Of a DNA stretch of 47,424 nucleotides, positions 17,452-26,783 are shown piece after piece. The stretch's first letter is position 1. Each line of letters begins with the position of its first letter. The stretch comes from a virus. Under the pieces are notes generated by a model that worked only from the letters and a program-made list of their open reading frames with translations, was not told the DNA's origin and did no database searches. The DNA is taken from positions 1 through 47,424 of the IMG/VR virus record IMGVR_UViG_3300004369_000028; one strand, 5' to 3'. The translations under genes were made by a program, and so were the position numbers.

Positions 17452-18265
17452 CTTTAGAAATACACGAAAAGAACAACCAGTAAAGTCTTATCTTACAAAA
17501 CCCTATACAAGAGTTCTTGTTGCGGCTGGAGACAATTGGTCAAGGCTTTGTTATGACAAAGAACCTAAACTTAACCAAGTGTCATTTACTGGTGGATTTG
17601 GTTATTACAATCATTTCCGTTTTAGTTCTTCTGGTGATTATGTTTTAAGGTTTAGAAACCCTGTTAAATCTTATTTCCATGAAGCCCCACCAAACGACGA
17701 ACTGCTTAATCACTTTAGGGGGCTAAACTTAAAAAAGTATTCGAGTGGAGAAAAAATATTTAATAAGCAACGACCTTTTGATTTGTTTGGTTTACAGCAT
17801 ATTTTACATAAAATGTTTTCTTGGCAAAGAAGTTTTCTATCTCAAATACAAAACTATACTGTAATTGCTGGTCACCCTGCTTACACAGAAGAGGAAAATC
17901 ACAATTACTTTAATGCACTAAAAAGTGTTATACCACACCTTGATGAACTTTGTGAGTTAGCCGTTGGTTATGATTTAGATGATTTAATAGATAAATGTGA
18001 TACTTTTTATACTCACGATAGTGCATCTATGGTACCTGCTGTTATAAGAGGTAAAAGAGTTTCCGCACTAGCAGTAAACCCTTGGTCAGACATTGTTTGG
18101 AAACAACCAAGGGTTGTGCCTGAAAAAGAATTATCTCAGTTTCTTAATTGGTGGTACAACAGGGTTGTTATAGACCTTGATAAAGAGGATTATAAAGAAC
18201 GTATAAACCATAGAGTTAGTTACCTAGTTGAAGGTGGTAATGAGGATGACTTATGGAAATGGTGA
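17402..18265 (+). CDS. hypothetical protein
   Basis: 287-aa track ORF in the enzyme cassette. No motif was recognised, and the start is uncertain (50-nt overlap upstream). Confidence 0.5.
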   Translation: MIHGDSLLDSIQKNILDFRNTRKEQPVKSYLTKPYTRVLVAAGDNWSRLCYDKEPKLNQVSFTGGFGYYNHFRFSSSGDYVLRFRNPVKSYFHEAPPNDELLNHFRGLNLKKYSSGEKIFNKQRPFDLFGLQHILHKMFSWQRSFLSQIQNYTVIAGHPAYTEEENHNYFNALKSVIPHLDELCELAVGYDLDDLIDKCDTFYTHDSASMVPAVIRGKRVSALAVNPWSDIVWKQPRVVPEKELSQFLNWWYNRVVIDLDKEDYKERINHRVSYLVEGGNEDDLWKW

Positions 18266-18960
18266 AAATATTTATAGGTTATGACCCTGACGAAACTGTG
18301 GCTTATCACACCCTTGTTCAATCTATCATGGACACATCTAGTGTTCCTGTAAGTATAACCCCACTTTCATTGTCGCACTTAGGTTTTTGGGACAGACCAA
18401 GAGACAGTAGGCAGTCAAACGACTTTTCTTATACTAGGTTTCTAGTACCTTATCTTTGTAATTACATGGGTACAGCAATTTATATGGATTGCGACATGTT
18501 GGTTCTTAGTGATATTGCAGAATTAAACGACTTGTGTAAAACTGACAAAGCTGTACATGTAGTAAAACATGATTATGTTCCAAAAGATGAATATAAATAT
18601 CTTGGTAGGAAACAATACTCTTACCCAAGAAAAAATTGGTCTTCTTTTATAGTATGGAATAGTAATAACAAAAGCAACTGGAAACTAAATCCCGAACTGA
18701 TAAAAAAAGAAACAGGTTCCTATCTTCACAGATTTAGCTGGCTAAAAGACGACGAAATTGGTGAGTTAGACCCAAAGTGGAACTGGCTTGTTGGTGAGTA
18801 TTCAAATCCCCCAAAAGACGTTAAGAATGTACACTGGACTAATGGGGGTCCTTATTTTAAGGACTATGATACAGCAGACTTTAGTGACGAGTGGAATAAA
18901 ACCAAACAAAAAGTAAATTATTGCAAGGACCCGACATGCAACAAGAACAACCAAATATAA
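18253..18960 (+). CDS. glycosyltransferase family 8-like
   Basis: 235 aa. It has a DxD in AIYMDCDMLVLSDIAEL and a C-terminal VHWTNGGPYF resembling the GT8 H-x-x-G-x-x-KPW region. Confidence 0.7.
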   Translation: MEMVKIFIGYDPDETVAYHTLVQSIMDTSSVPVSITPLSLSHLGFWDRPRDSRQSNDFSYTRFLVPYLCNYMGTAIYMDCDMLVLSDIAELNDLCKTDKAVHVVKHDYVPKDEYKYLGRKQYSYPRKNWSSFIVWNSNNKSNWKLNPELIKKETGSYLHRFSWLKDDEIGELDPKWNWLVGEYSNPPKDVKNVHWTNGGPYFKDYDTADFSDEWNKTKQKVNYCKDPTCNKNNQI

Positions 18961-19502
18961 GACATTTATTTGCTTTGGCACCTAGTGCTGTACCAAATAA
19001 TACTATTGAAGCAATAGAGAAGTTAGTAGAAGAACGTGGATTAGAACCAGCAACTACTTTCGGTGGAGAAAACAAAAACGTAAGACGATCAAATGTGTGT
19101 TGGTTGTCAGATCAAATTTGGATTCGTGATTATTTATACAATTGGGTGCAAAAGGCAAAAAGAGGTTTATTTAACTTCGATGTTGAAAACTTTGCTGACA
19201 TTCAGTACACAGAGTATTCAGCAGAAGATGAAGGACATTACGATTGGCATCACGATGTAAACTTTCAGACACCTGATATGTGGGACCGTAAGTTAAGTCT
19301 CACTGTCCAACTATCTGACCCATCTGAATACATGGGTGGCGAGTTTCAAATTAGGGATTACGAAGGTTATTTACCCATACAATCAAAACAAAAAGGCTCC
19401 ATATTGGTATTTCCTTCATACCTTGTACATAAGGTAAATCCTGTAATTGAAGGTAAACGTAAGTCTCTTGTATTGTGGTACGAGGGTCCAAGATGGCGGT
19501 AA
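18921..19502 (+). CDS. 2OG-Fe(II) oxygenase, prolyl-4-hydroxylase-like
   Basis: 193 aa with the motifs HYDWHHD (HxD), RKLSLTVQLSDPSEYMGGEF and FPSYLVHKVNPVIEGKRKSLVLW (H...R). Confidence 0.8.
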   Translation: MQGPDMQQEQPNIRHLFALAPSAVPNNTIEAIEKLVEERGLEPATTFGGENKNVRRSNVCWLSDQIWIRDYLYNWVQKAKRGLFNFDVENFADIQYTEYSAEDEGHYDWHHDVNFQTPDMWDRKLSLTVQLSDPSEYMGGEFQIRDYEGYLPIQSKQKGSILVFPSYLVHKVNPVIEGKRKSLVLWYEGPRWR

Positions 19503-20044
19503 ATAAGTTTTTTGTAGAAATAGGTGCAGCAAACTTTGATACACTTTTAAATCTGGCTAAACAGGGTTGGTCGGGTATTGTTGTTGAGCCTGTGCCATAT
19601 CTGTCTAAAGAACTTTCTACTATGTTTGAAGGTCTTGATGTGCATGTTTATGATGGTGCCATATCAGATTTTTACGGAACGGTTACTATGGCTGTGGGAG
19701 AAAACGAGGGTTGGTTGACTGGTGCCTCTCATATTATAGATGATCACAGTATTGGGTTTAAACTTAGTTCCCACGAAAAAAACAAATACAGGTTCCAAGA
19801 GAAAATTCAAGTTAAATGTATAACATTGGACGACTTGTTAAAAGACATAGATCATATAGACTTTATGAAGGTTGATGTAGAGGGGCATGAACTTAATATC
19901 TTTAGGAATTATTCTTTTAGGGTAAAGCCTAATTTTATTAAGGTTGAACATAAGCACGTTGATGACATAGAGTTAAAGTCTATTTTAGAGGATAAGGGAT
20001 ATATAGTCTGGACCGAACCTGACGATATTTATGCGGTATGTTAA
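19493..20044 (+). CDS. FkbM-family methyltransferase
   Basis: Track ORF 19475..20044 trimmed to MAVNKFFVEIGAANFD. The hallmark is IDFMKVDVEGHELNIF. Confidence 0.85.
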   Translation: MAVNKFFVEIGAANFDTLLNLAKQGWSGIVVEPVPYLSKELSTMFEGLDVHVYDGAISDFYGTVTMAVGENEGWLTGASHIIDDHSIGFKLSSHEKNKYRFQEKIQVKCITLDDLLKDIDHIDFMKVDVEGHELNIFRNYSFRVKPNFIKVEHKHVDDIELKSILEDKGYIVWTEPDDIYAVC

Positions 20045-21864
20045 TCTATCAAATATCTCTCAATTGTGATGCTTATGATGCACGTAATAAAACTTGGGAA
20101 GAAATGATAGCCGAAACTGGCAAGCAACCAGATTTTGAATGGAAGAACCCTGATATGGGCGAAAGGCCATTACTAAAAGGTGAGTATGGATGTGCTATTA
20201 GTCACCTAAGAGTTTGGGAAAAGATTGCCCGTAGTGGTTTAAATGGTATAATTTTAGAAGAAGATGCAGTTTTCAAAGAGATTAACCCTTACTATGTAGA
20301 CCATAAGCTAGAGGACTACGACAGTGTTTGGCTTGGGTACAACAAGAACACTTTTGGTTATTGGTATAATTGTCACGCATATGCTATAACACCTGATACA
20401 GCACATAAGTTAATGGATAATTTTCATAAGATTATACCTGTTGATGAATACGTACCAGTACAATTAAAACATAGTAGAAACTATTTTTATGAGCCAGCTA
20501 CAGTTTGGCAAATACCCCGTGAAATCCGACCTAGCACTATTGAGGAACCCGAAATGGAAAATGAAGAAGATATAAATTTCCACATTGTAACCGTAGCCAC
20601 AGACGAAAAAAAGATGTGGGCTTTAGAAAAAACAGCAGAACGGTATAATCTTAATGTACACAACTTAGGTAAAAACTCATCTTGGTATGACCCAATGACA
20701 GGTCATGCAGGTATGCCTAAAATTGACATGATGATTGAGTTTACAAAAGATTTACCAGCCGACGACATTGTTCTTTTTATGGACGGTTATGACACCTTTT
20801 TTGCCGACGACCCAATTGCCATACTAGAAAGGTGGAAGGGTTTTGACGTAGATATTTTATTTGGTGCAGAAGATAATTTCTGGCCCCCAGATGATTTTTT
20901 GCAGAAACAGTTCGATACGCACCACTCAGACACGGTATACCCCTATTTAAACAGTGGTTTATATATGGGATATGCTGGAGCAATCTACGCATTCCTAACT
21001 GAACAAGCAGCAGGTGATGGAGATGATGATCAACGGTATTGTCAAATACGGTACTTAGCACGTACACCCCCACCAAAAGATGCACCTATACAGTGGAAAT
21101 GGGAACGAATAGACTTTCCTTATAAAATTGCTATGGACCATGAAGCATACTTGTTTCAGAACCATGATATGACTGTTAAGAGAGTTAATGGTCAACTTTA
21201 TAACCCCCGAACAAACTGTTGTCCTTGTATATATCATGGCAATGGGGGAGAAGGGGCTAAGGAAAAGTTTAAAGATTTGTTGTTAGAGTTTAATGTAACT
21301 GAAAAAGCACAAGCACCTTACATTATGACTTTAGATTACGAAGTTGTAGCTAACGAAATTATTGTAACCCCTTTCTTATCAGAACCACAATGTCAATGGC
21401 TAATTGAAAAGTCTGAATTACACGGTGGTTGGCGTGGTATGGATGGTGACAAGTTTCCAGCACGTGAGATACGACTACGTGAACTTGGTTTGTGGGATGA
21501 ATATGATAGGCTATGGCGTGAAAAGCTATCTAAAGTAGCAGAAAAACATTGGCAAGGATATGCTTATGAGGGTCTGCGTGATGCTTTTACAATGAAGTAT
21601 ACTTTAGATACACAAACAAGTTTAGCCCTTCATACAGATGGCTCTATGGTTACTGGAAGTGTTAAACTAAATGATGATTACGAGGGGGCAGAGTTAATAT
21701 TCCCCCGTCAGAGGTTTAGTAACATTGATGTACCAGTGGGACATTGTATATTATTTCCTAGTATGGTTACTCATGCTCACTACGTTAGTGAACTAACCCG
21801 TGGTGAAAAGTATAGTCTAACAATGTGGACCTCACGTCAACCTAATGATGTAGCATTTAGCTAG
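20038..21864 (+). CDS. tri-domain enzyme: GT25-like glycosyltransferase + LH3(PLOD)-like glycosyltransferase + lysyl-hydroxylase-like 2OG-Fe(II) oxygenase
   Basis: 608 aa. Residues 1-170 carry LLKGEYGCAISHLRVWEKI...GIILEEDAVF (GT25). Residues 181-320 carry FHIVTVATDEKK...FMDGYDTFF...LFGAEDNFWPP...YLNSGLYMGYA (compare LH3 VTVAT / VDSYDVI / LFSAESFCWP / FLNSGGFIGFA). Residues 440-608 carry LALHTDGS...NDDYEGAELIFPRQ...THAHYVSELTRGEKYSLTMW (HxD...H...K). Confidence 0.8.
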   Translation: MLIYQISLNCDAYDARNKTWEEMIAETGKQPDFEWKNPDMGERPLLKGEYGCAISHLRVWEKIARSGLNGIILEEDAVFKEINPYYVDHKLEDYDSVWLGYNKNTFGYWYNCHAYAITPDTAHKLMDNFHKIIPVDEYVPVQLKHSRNYFYEPATVWQIPREIRPSTIEEPEMENEEDINFHIVTVATDEKKMWALEKTAERYNLNVHNLGKNSSWYDPMTGHAGMPKIDMMIEFTKDLPADDIVLFMDGYDTFFADDPIAILERWKGFDVDILFGAEDNFWPPDDFLQKQFDTHHSDTVYPYLNSGLYMGYAGAIYAFLTEQAAGDGDDDQRYCQIRYLARTPPPKDAPIQWKWERIDFPYKIAMDHEAYLFQNHDMTVKRVNGQLYNPRTNCCPCIYHGNGGEGAKEKFKDLLLEFNVTEKAQAPYIMTLDYEVVANEIIVTPFLSEPQCQWLIEKSELHGGWRGMDGDKFPAREIRLRELGLWDEYDRLWREKLSKVAEKHWQGYAYEGLRDAFTMKYTLDTQTSLALHTDGSMVTGSVKLNDDYEGAELIFPRQRFSNIDVPVGHCILFPSMVTHAHYVSELTRGEKYSLTMWTSRQPNDVAFS

Positions 21865-21873
21865 GAGAAATAA

Positions 21874-23280
21874 ATGTTTGGTAGTGGCAGTTTTGCTGGA
21901 TCGCCCTTTTCTTCTGAGGGTGAATTAAAGTATGAGATTTCTGGCACTACCTTAACAAGTGGTTCGCCATCTGTAGACACAGCAGATATAACAGAAAACA
22001 ATAGTCTGTCATCACTTGAAAACCTAGAAGCAGGTAACCCAAGTCTTAGTGCAACGGCTATAGAGCAAGATCATCAAATCAGTTCCCCAGACTTAGATAC
22101 TGGCTCTCCTTCTGTATCTCTTGCTACAATTCAAGAGGGTGAATCGTTTTCATCTAGTGAATTGGTTACTGGTACACCTACAATGGGTACACCAGAAATA
22201 GACCAAGACCATAAAATTAATACTGGTACTATTTCTACTGGGGGAGTTAGTGTTTCTTCTGCAACAATGCAAGAAGACGAAACTCTTTCTACCAGCAATC
22301 TAAACTCTGGTTCTGTAGTTATTGACACAGCCGCATTTAACCTTTCAGCACCTTTGTTTTCTCCTGATGTAGAAACTGGTAATCCTGTAGTTGGTACTAC
22401 TTCATTTGACCAAGACCAGACTTTAGAAACTAATGAACTTTACACAGGTGACCCTGTTGTAGATTCTGCAACAATGCAAGAAGACGAAACTCTTGCTGGT
22501 AATACTTTCACTACAGACTTACCACAAGTCGGTTCGCCTACAATAGTACAAAATCACGATCTATCAACGAGTGATGTTGATACTGGTAATGCAGAAGTAC
22601 CATCCTCTACAATGCAAGAGGGCGAAACACTATCTACCAGTAATTTAGAAACTGGTAATATATCAATAGTTTCTATATCTATTGATCAAGATCACGTACT
22701 TAACTGTTCTGACTTAGATACAAACGAAGTTTCTTTGCCTACTGCTACTATGCAGGAAGAAGAGACACTATCTGCACAAGAATTAGTAATAAACGACCCA
22801 GAAACACCTTCTGCTGATTTTGTACAAGGACATGAACTTTCTTCTGCTAACTTAAACACAGAACCAACTGTAGTTCCAAATGCAGTTATGCAGGAAGATG
22901 AAACCTTCTCTACTACTGCACTAGAAACAGGACAAGTATCAGTACCATCTGCCACAATGCAGGAAGATGAAACTCTTACTGTAAGCAACTTAGATGCAGG
23001 TTCTACTGTAATAACTGTAGACTTTACACAAGGTCATACACTTGCAGCAGAAGGTCCAACTACAGCAGGTGTGCCAGAGGTTGACCGTTCTACGATACTT
23101 GGGGATCACAACTTTACACAACAAGAGTTTTTGACAAACTCTCATGTTTTAGACGAACCTTTCTTTAATCCAGCAATAGCAAGAGTAGTTTCTATTACTG
23201 CTAAAGCAGGATCAAGGGCTGTATTTAAACAACAAAATAAAGTTACATTTAACGAGAGTAATAAGGTTAAGGTAGGATAA
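21874..23280 (+). CDS. repeat protein (~23-aa units, fibre-like)
   Basis: 468 aa. Alternating units of type x-A-T-M-Q-E-D-E-T-L-S-x-S-N-L-x-T-G and x-I-D-Q-D-H-x-L-x-x-x-D-L-D-T-G occur about 14-15 times. An exact 30-bp DNA repeat lies at 22258..22287 and 22465..22494. Confidence 0.7.
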   Translation: MFGSGSFAGSPFSSEGELKYEISGTTLTSGSPSVDTADITENNSLSSLENLEAGNPSLSATAIEQDHQISSPDLDTGSPSVSLATIQEGESFSSSELVTGTPTMGTPEIDQDHKINTGTISTGGVSVSSATMQEDETLSTSNLNSGSVVIDTAAFNLSAPLFSPDVETGNPVVGTTSFDQDQTLETNELYTGDPVVDSATMQEDETLAGNTFTTDLPQVGSPTIVQNHDLSTSDVDTGNAEVPSSTMQEGETLSTSNLETGNISIVSISIDQDHVLNCSDLDTNEVSLPTATMQEEETLSAQELVINDPETPSADFVQGHELSSANLNTEPTVVPNAVMQEDETFSTTALETGQVSVPSATMQEDETLTVSNLDAGSTVITVDFTQGHTLAAEGPTTAGVPEVDRSTILGDHNFTQQEFLTNSHVLDEPFFNPAIARVVSITAKAGSRAVFKQQNKVTFNESNKVKVG

Positions 23281-23603
23281 TGGCTTTTCGCATTAAGACC
23301 AACGATACAAGCCCTAAGTTGGGCCTAACTCTTACAAGTAGTTCTGGTAGTGCGGTTAGTTTGTCAGGCGCATCTGTTAGGTTCCACATGAAAAAATATG
23401 GGGCCTCTACATTAAAAGTAGATTCTGCTGCTACTATAACTAATGCCTCTAGTGGTGTTATAGAATATGCATGGCAATCAGAGGATACTGATACAGCAGG
23501 TTCATATTATGGTGAAGTAGAAGTCACTTACGGTGATGGTACGGTAGAAACATTTCCCAACAATGGATACTTTACTATTATCATTCAAGAGGATTTAGAC
23601 TAA
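23280..23603 (+). CDS. hypothetical Ig-like/BppU-N-like small structural protein
   Basis: 107 aa. The pattern ...GVIEYAWQSEDTDTAGSYYGEVEVTYGDGTVETFPNNGYFTIII resembles small beta-sandwich domains of phage fibres or baseplates. Confidence 0.45.
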   Translation: MAFRIKTNDTSPKLGLTLTSSSGSAVSLSGASVRFHMKKYGASTLKVDSAATITNASSGVIEYAWQSEDTDTAGSYYGEVEVTYGDGTVETFPNNGYFTIIIQEDLD

Positions 23604-24550
23604 TGGCAAAAGGTTTAGCTGCAAAGGTAAAAGAGCATAATGCGAAGTCTAAGCACAAAGTTACGACACGTATGTTGCAACAAGTATACAACCGTGGTGT
23701 TGGTGCTTATAGGACGAACCCTAGTTCTGTACGCCCTAATGTTAGCTCCCCTGAACAGTGGGCTATGGCACGTGTTAATAGCTTCCTACGGATTGTTAGT
23801 GGTAGCAAGTCTGCTAACCATGATAAAGACTTACTTCCATCTGGTCACCCAAGTAGCACTAAGAAACGTGAGTATATAAACGACGATGCATATGTTGTAG
23901 ATAAAGCTGACAAACCTCTTAACAAACCATTTCGTCTACCTGCTGGATCATCAAAGAAGTTTGGTGTGTACGTAAAAGACGGTGATAAAACAGTTAAGGT
24001 TACCTTTGGTGACCCCAACATGGAAATCCGTAGGGATGACCCCAAGGCACGGGCAAACTTTCGTAGTCGTCACTCTTGTGATACAGCAACAGATAAGACT
24101 TCAGCTAGATACTGGTCTTGCAGAATGTGGAGTAGCAGCACCGTGGGAAGTATGACAAAAGATTTAACAGGTCAGATACTAAAAGCTGACGAAGAACAAC
24201 GCATGGTCTATGGTTGGGCCTCTGTAGTCACTGAGGGCGGTGAAGCAGTAGTTGACCGACAGGGCGATGTGATAGAGCCTGACACACTTGTTAAAGCCGT
24301 AAATAAATTTATGGAACATGTACGTGTTGGAAAAGAAATGCACCAAGGAGAGCAAATAGGACGTGTGATCCACTCTTTGCCAATCACTAAAGAAATAGGT
24401 GAATCTTTGGGCATCCAGTCTGACCGTGAGGGTTGGGTCGTAGCTTTTAAAGTTTACGACGATGATGTTTGGTCACGTGTTAAGTCTGGTGAACTAGCTG
24501 CCTTTAGCATTGGCGGCAAAGCAATCAAGGAAGATTATGACGATGCCTAA
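23603..24550 (+). CDS. prohead protease, XkdF-like C-terminal domain
   Basis: 315 aa. The C-terminal part (ADEEQRMVYGWASVV...DRQGDVIEPDTL...EMHQ) fits the XkdF-type phage serine peptidase pattern. The N-terminal ~190 aa is of unknown function. Confidence 0.65.
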   Translation: MAKGLAAKVKEHNAKSKHKVTTRMLQQVYNRGVGAYRTNPSSVRPNVSSPEQWAMARVNSFLRIVSGSKSANHDKDLLPSGHPSSTKKREYINDDAYVVDKADKPLNKPFRLPAGSSKKFGVYVKDGDKTVKVTFGDPNMEIRRDDPKARANFRSRHSCDTATDKTSARYWSCRMWSSSTVGSMTKDLTGQILKADEEQRMVYGWASVVTEGGEAVVDRQGDVIEPDTLVKAVNKFMEHVRVGKEMHQGEQIGRVIHSLPITKEIGESLGIQSDREGWVVAFKVYDDDVWSRVKSGELAAFSIGGKAIKEDYDDA

Positions 24551-25352
24551 TCTACTTAAACAACTTGAACTAGAAGAGTTATCCTTAGTGGATCGCCCTG
24601 CCAATGCACAAGCAATGGTATCTTTGTTCAAACGTGACAATCCTTATGAGGAACAAATGACAGAAACATTAGAAAAAATGGCCTATAACGAAGACAAGTT
24701 AAAAGCCTATATGGATGAAAAAGGTTGTGGTCGTGCAGAAGCTATGAAAGCCCTGAACATGGACGAACCAGAAGATATGAAAAAAGCAGATCAAGTTGAA
24801 ACAGATGAACTTGAAGTTGCAAACATGGCAATCGAAACTCTCAAGATTGAGAATGAACGCCTACGTAAATCTTTGATTGAAAATGGCTATGTAATTAAAG
24901 CAGAAACAATCGAAAAGAAAGTTGAACCAGAGTACCTAGAATACAATGGTGAACAAGTAAACAAAGCTGACATTCCAGCAGTAATCTTGAAAGCCCTTGA
25001 GGAAGCAGAGGTTGCTAAAGCAGATGCAGAACTAACAACGAAAGCATCAGAGGCACTTCCTCATTTTGATGTAAATGTTGCAAAATCTCTTTTTGCTAAA
25101 CATGCTGACGATGAGGCTGTAATGAATGTCCTGAAAGCTGCTGACTCTGTGTTCGCAGGTAAGATGGAAGAAGTCGGTAAGTCAGACGCAAATGGTGATT
25201 TTGCCTCTGCTGCTGATGCACTGGATGCAATGGTTAAATCCTATATGGAAGAAAACCAAATGAAAAAATCAGAGTACGCCAAAGCATATGCTGCTGTTGC
25301 TAAAACAGAACAAGGTAAAACTCTAATCAATAAATCCTATAAGGGGGAATAA
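24537..25352 (+). CDS. scaffolding protein
   Basis: Track ORF 24510..25352; the likely start is MTMPNLL at 24537. It is acidic, Ala/Glu/Lys-rich and helical, and sits between the protease and the capsid genes. Confidence 0.6.
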   Translation: MTMPNLLKQLELEELSLVDRPANAQAMVSLFKRDNPYEEQMTETLEKMAYNEDKLKAYMDEKGCGRAEAMKALNMDEPEDMKKADQVETDELEVANMAIETLKIENERLRKSLIENGYVIKAETIEKKVEPEYLEYNGEQVNKADIPAVILKALEEAEVAKADAELTTKASEALPHFDVNVAKSLFAKHADDEAVMNVLKAADSVFAGKMEEVGKSDANGDFASAADALDAMVKSYMEENQMKKSEYAKAYAAVAKTEQGKTLINKSYKGE

Positions 25353-25354
25353 CA

Positions 25355-25726
25355 ATGGCTGTAATGCAAAGCCGTGATACACGCACATTTATTGCTGGCG
25401 AAGACCTTTCTTCGTCACAGTTCAAGTTCGTTACATTAGAATCTGACGGTCAAGTAGACTTGGCAGATTCTGCTGGTGAACGTGCCTTGGGCGTACTTTT
25501 AAATAAACCAACTTCAGGTAAAGCTGCTACTGTCGCAATGACTGGTAAGGTAATGGTTGAAGCAGGTGCTTCCGTTACTGCTGGAGATCAACTACAAACA
25601 GACGCAAATGGTGACGCAATCACTGCTGCTTCTGGTGATGTTGTAATGGGCTATGCCCTTGAAGATGCTGTCGATGGTCAAATTTTCGCAATGGAATTGA
25701 TCCAAGGCGGCAACGTAGTTGCGTAA
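25355..25726 (+). CDS. head decoration/cement protein (DUF2190-like)
   Basis: 123 aa (GEDLSSSQFKFVTL...ALGVLLNKPTSGKAATVAMTGKVMVEAGASVTAGDQL), directly upstream of the capsid gene. Confidence 0.6.
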   Translation: MAVMQSRDTRTFIAGEDLSSSQFKFVTLESDGQVDLADSAGERALGVLLNKPTSGKAATVAMTGKVMVEAGASVTAGDQLQTDANGDAITAASGDVVMGYALEDAVDGQIFAMELIQGGNVVA

Positions 25727-25750
25727 CCTAGCATAGTAAAGGAAAAATAA

Positions 25751-26731
25751 ATGCCTATGTTGACACCATCGGCGGTCCACATTGACCAGCCACTCACAAA
25801 CTTGACCATTGCTTATGTTCAAGATCAAAACAACTTTATTGCTGATAAAATCTTTCCTGTTGTCGGTGTAGAACGTCAGTCTGATAAATACTATATCTAT
25901 GACCGTGACAACATGAACCGTACAGGTGACGTTAAGGCTCTTGCGCCTCGTACAGAAGTCAACCGTATTGGTTTGTCAGTTTCAAACTCTTCATACTATG
26001 CAGACGTATATGGTCTGGGTATGGACTTTGACGAGCAAACTCTTGCTAACGAAGACGCAGCACTAGACATTCGTGCAGCAGGTGCTCAAACACTTGTAAA
26101 CCGTCTGTTGATCCACCGTGAAGAGCAATTTGCTTCTACATTCTTTGGATCAGGAATCTGGGGAACAGATAACACCCCATCTAACCTGTGGTCTGACTAC
26201 ACCAACTCAACTCCAATCGCAGACGTAACAAATGCTCGTCGTACAATGCAGTTGAAATCTGGTGGCTTCAAACCAAACACAATGGTTGTCGGTAAAGAAG
26301 TTCGTGATAAACTTATCAACCACCCAGACATTCTTGCACGTTTGAATGGTGGAGCAACTGTTTCTAACACTGCACTTATTACAGATGCTAAGTTGGCAGA
26401 AATCTTTGAGGTAGAAAACTTCTACGTCATGGAAGCAGTCAAAAACACATCTGTTGAGGGTGTAGCTGAAAGCAACGCCTTTATCGGTGGTGACCACGCA
26501 TTGTTGGTCCACGGCCCACGTGGTGCAGGTCTTATGACTCCAGCAGCAGGTTTGACGTTTGCATGGAACAACATTCCATCTGCAAACAACTTGGGTATCA
26601 CTGTTGAGTCATTCTCTGATGATGCACTAAAACGTATGCAAGTTGCAGAGCACATCCAAGTTAAAATGGCTTATGACATGAAAGTCACAGGCGCAGACTT
26701 GGGTTACTTCTTCAACCAAGTTATTGCATAA
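25751..26731 (+). CDS. major capsid protein (lambda E-like family)
   Basis: 326 aa. The call rests on position after the decoration and scaffold genes and on size and composition typical of E-family HK97-fold capsids. Confidence 0.8.
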   Translation: MPMLTPSAVHIDQPLTNLTIAYVQDQNNFIADKIFPVVGVERQSDKYYIYDRDNMNRTGDVKALAPRTEVNRIGLSVSNSSYYADVYGLGMDFDEQTLANEDAALDIRAAGAQTLVNRLLIHREEQFASTFFGSGIWGTDNTPSNLWSDYTNSTPIADVTNARRTMQLKSGGFKPNTMVVGKEVRDKLINHPDILARLNGGATVSNTALITDAKLAEIFEVENFYVMEAVKNTSVEGVAESNAFIGGDHALLVHGPRGAGLMTPAAGLTFAWNNIPSANNLGITVESFSDDALKRMQVAEHIQVKMAYDMKVTGADLGYFFNQVIA

Positions 26732-26739
26732 ATTACTTA

Positions 26740-26757
26740 GGGGGGCTTCGGTCCCCC
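26740..26757 (+). terminator. stable cUUCGg-tetraloop hairpin after the capsid gene
   Basis: GGGGGGC-TTCG-GTCCCCC forms a 7-bp stem including one G-T pair. No clear T-run follows, so it may be an attenuator or an RNA stabiliser. Confidence 0.4.
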
Positions 26758-26783
26758 TTACCTTTAGCTAGGAAGGTCCCGAT

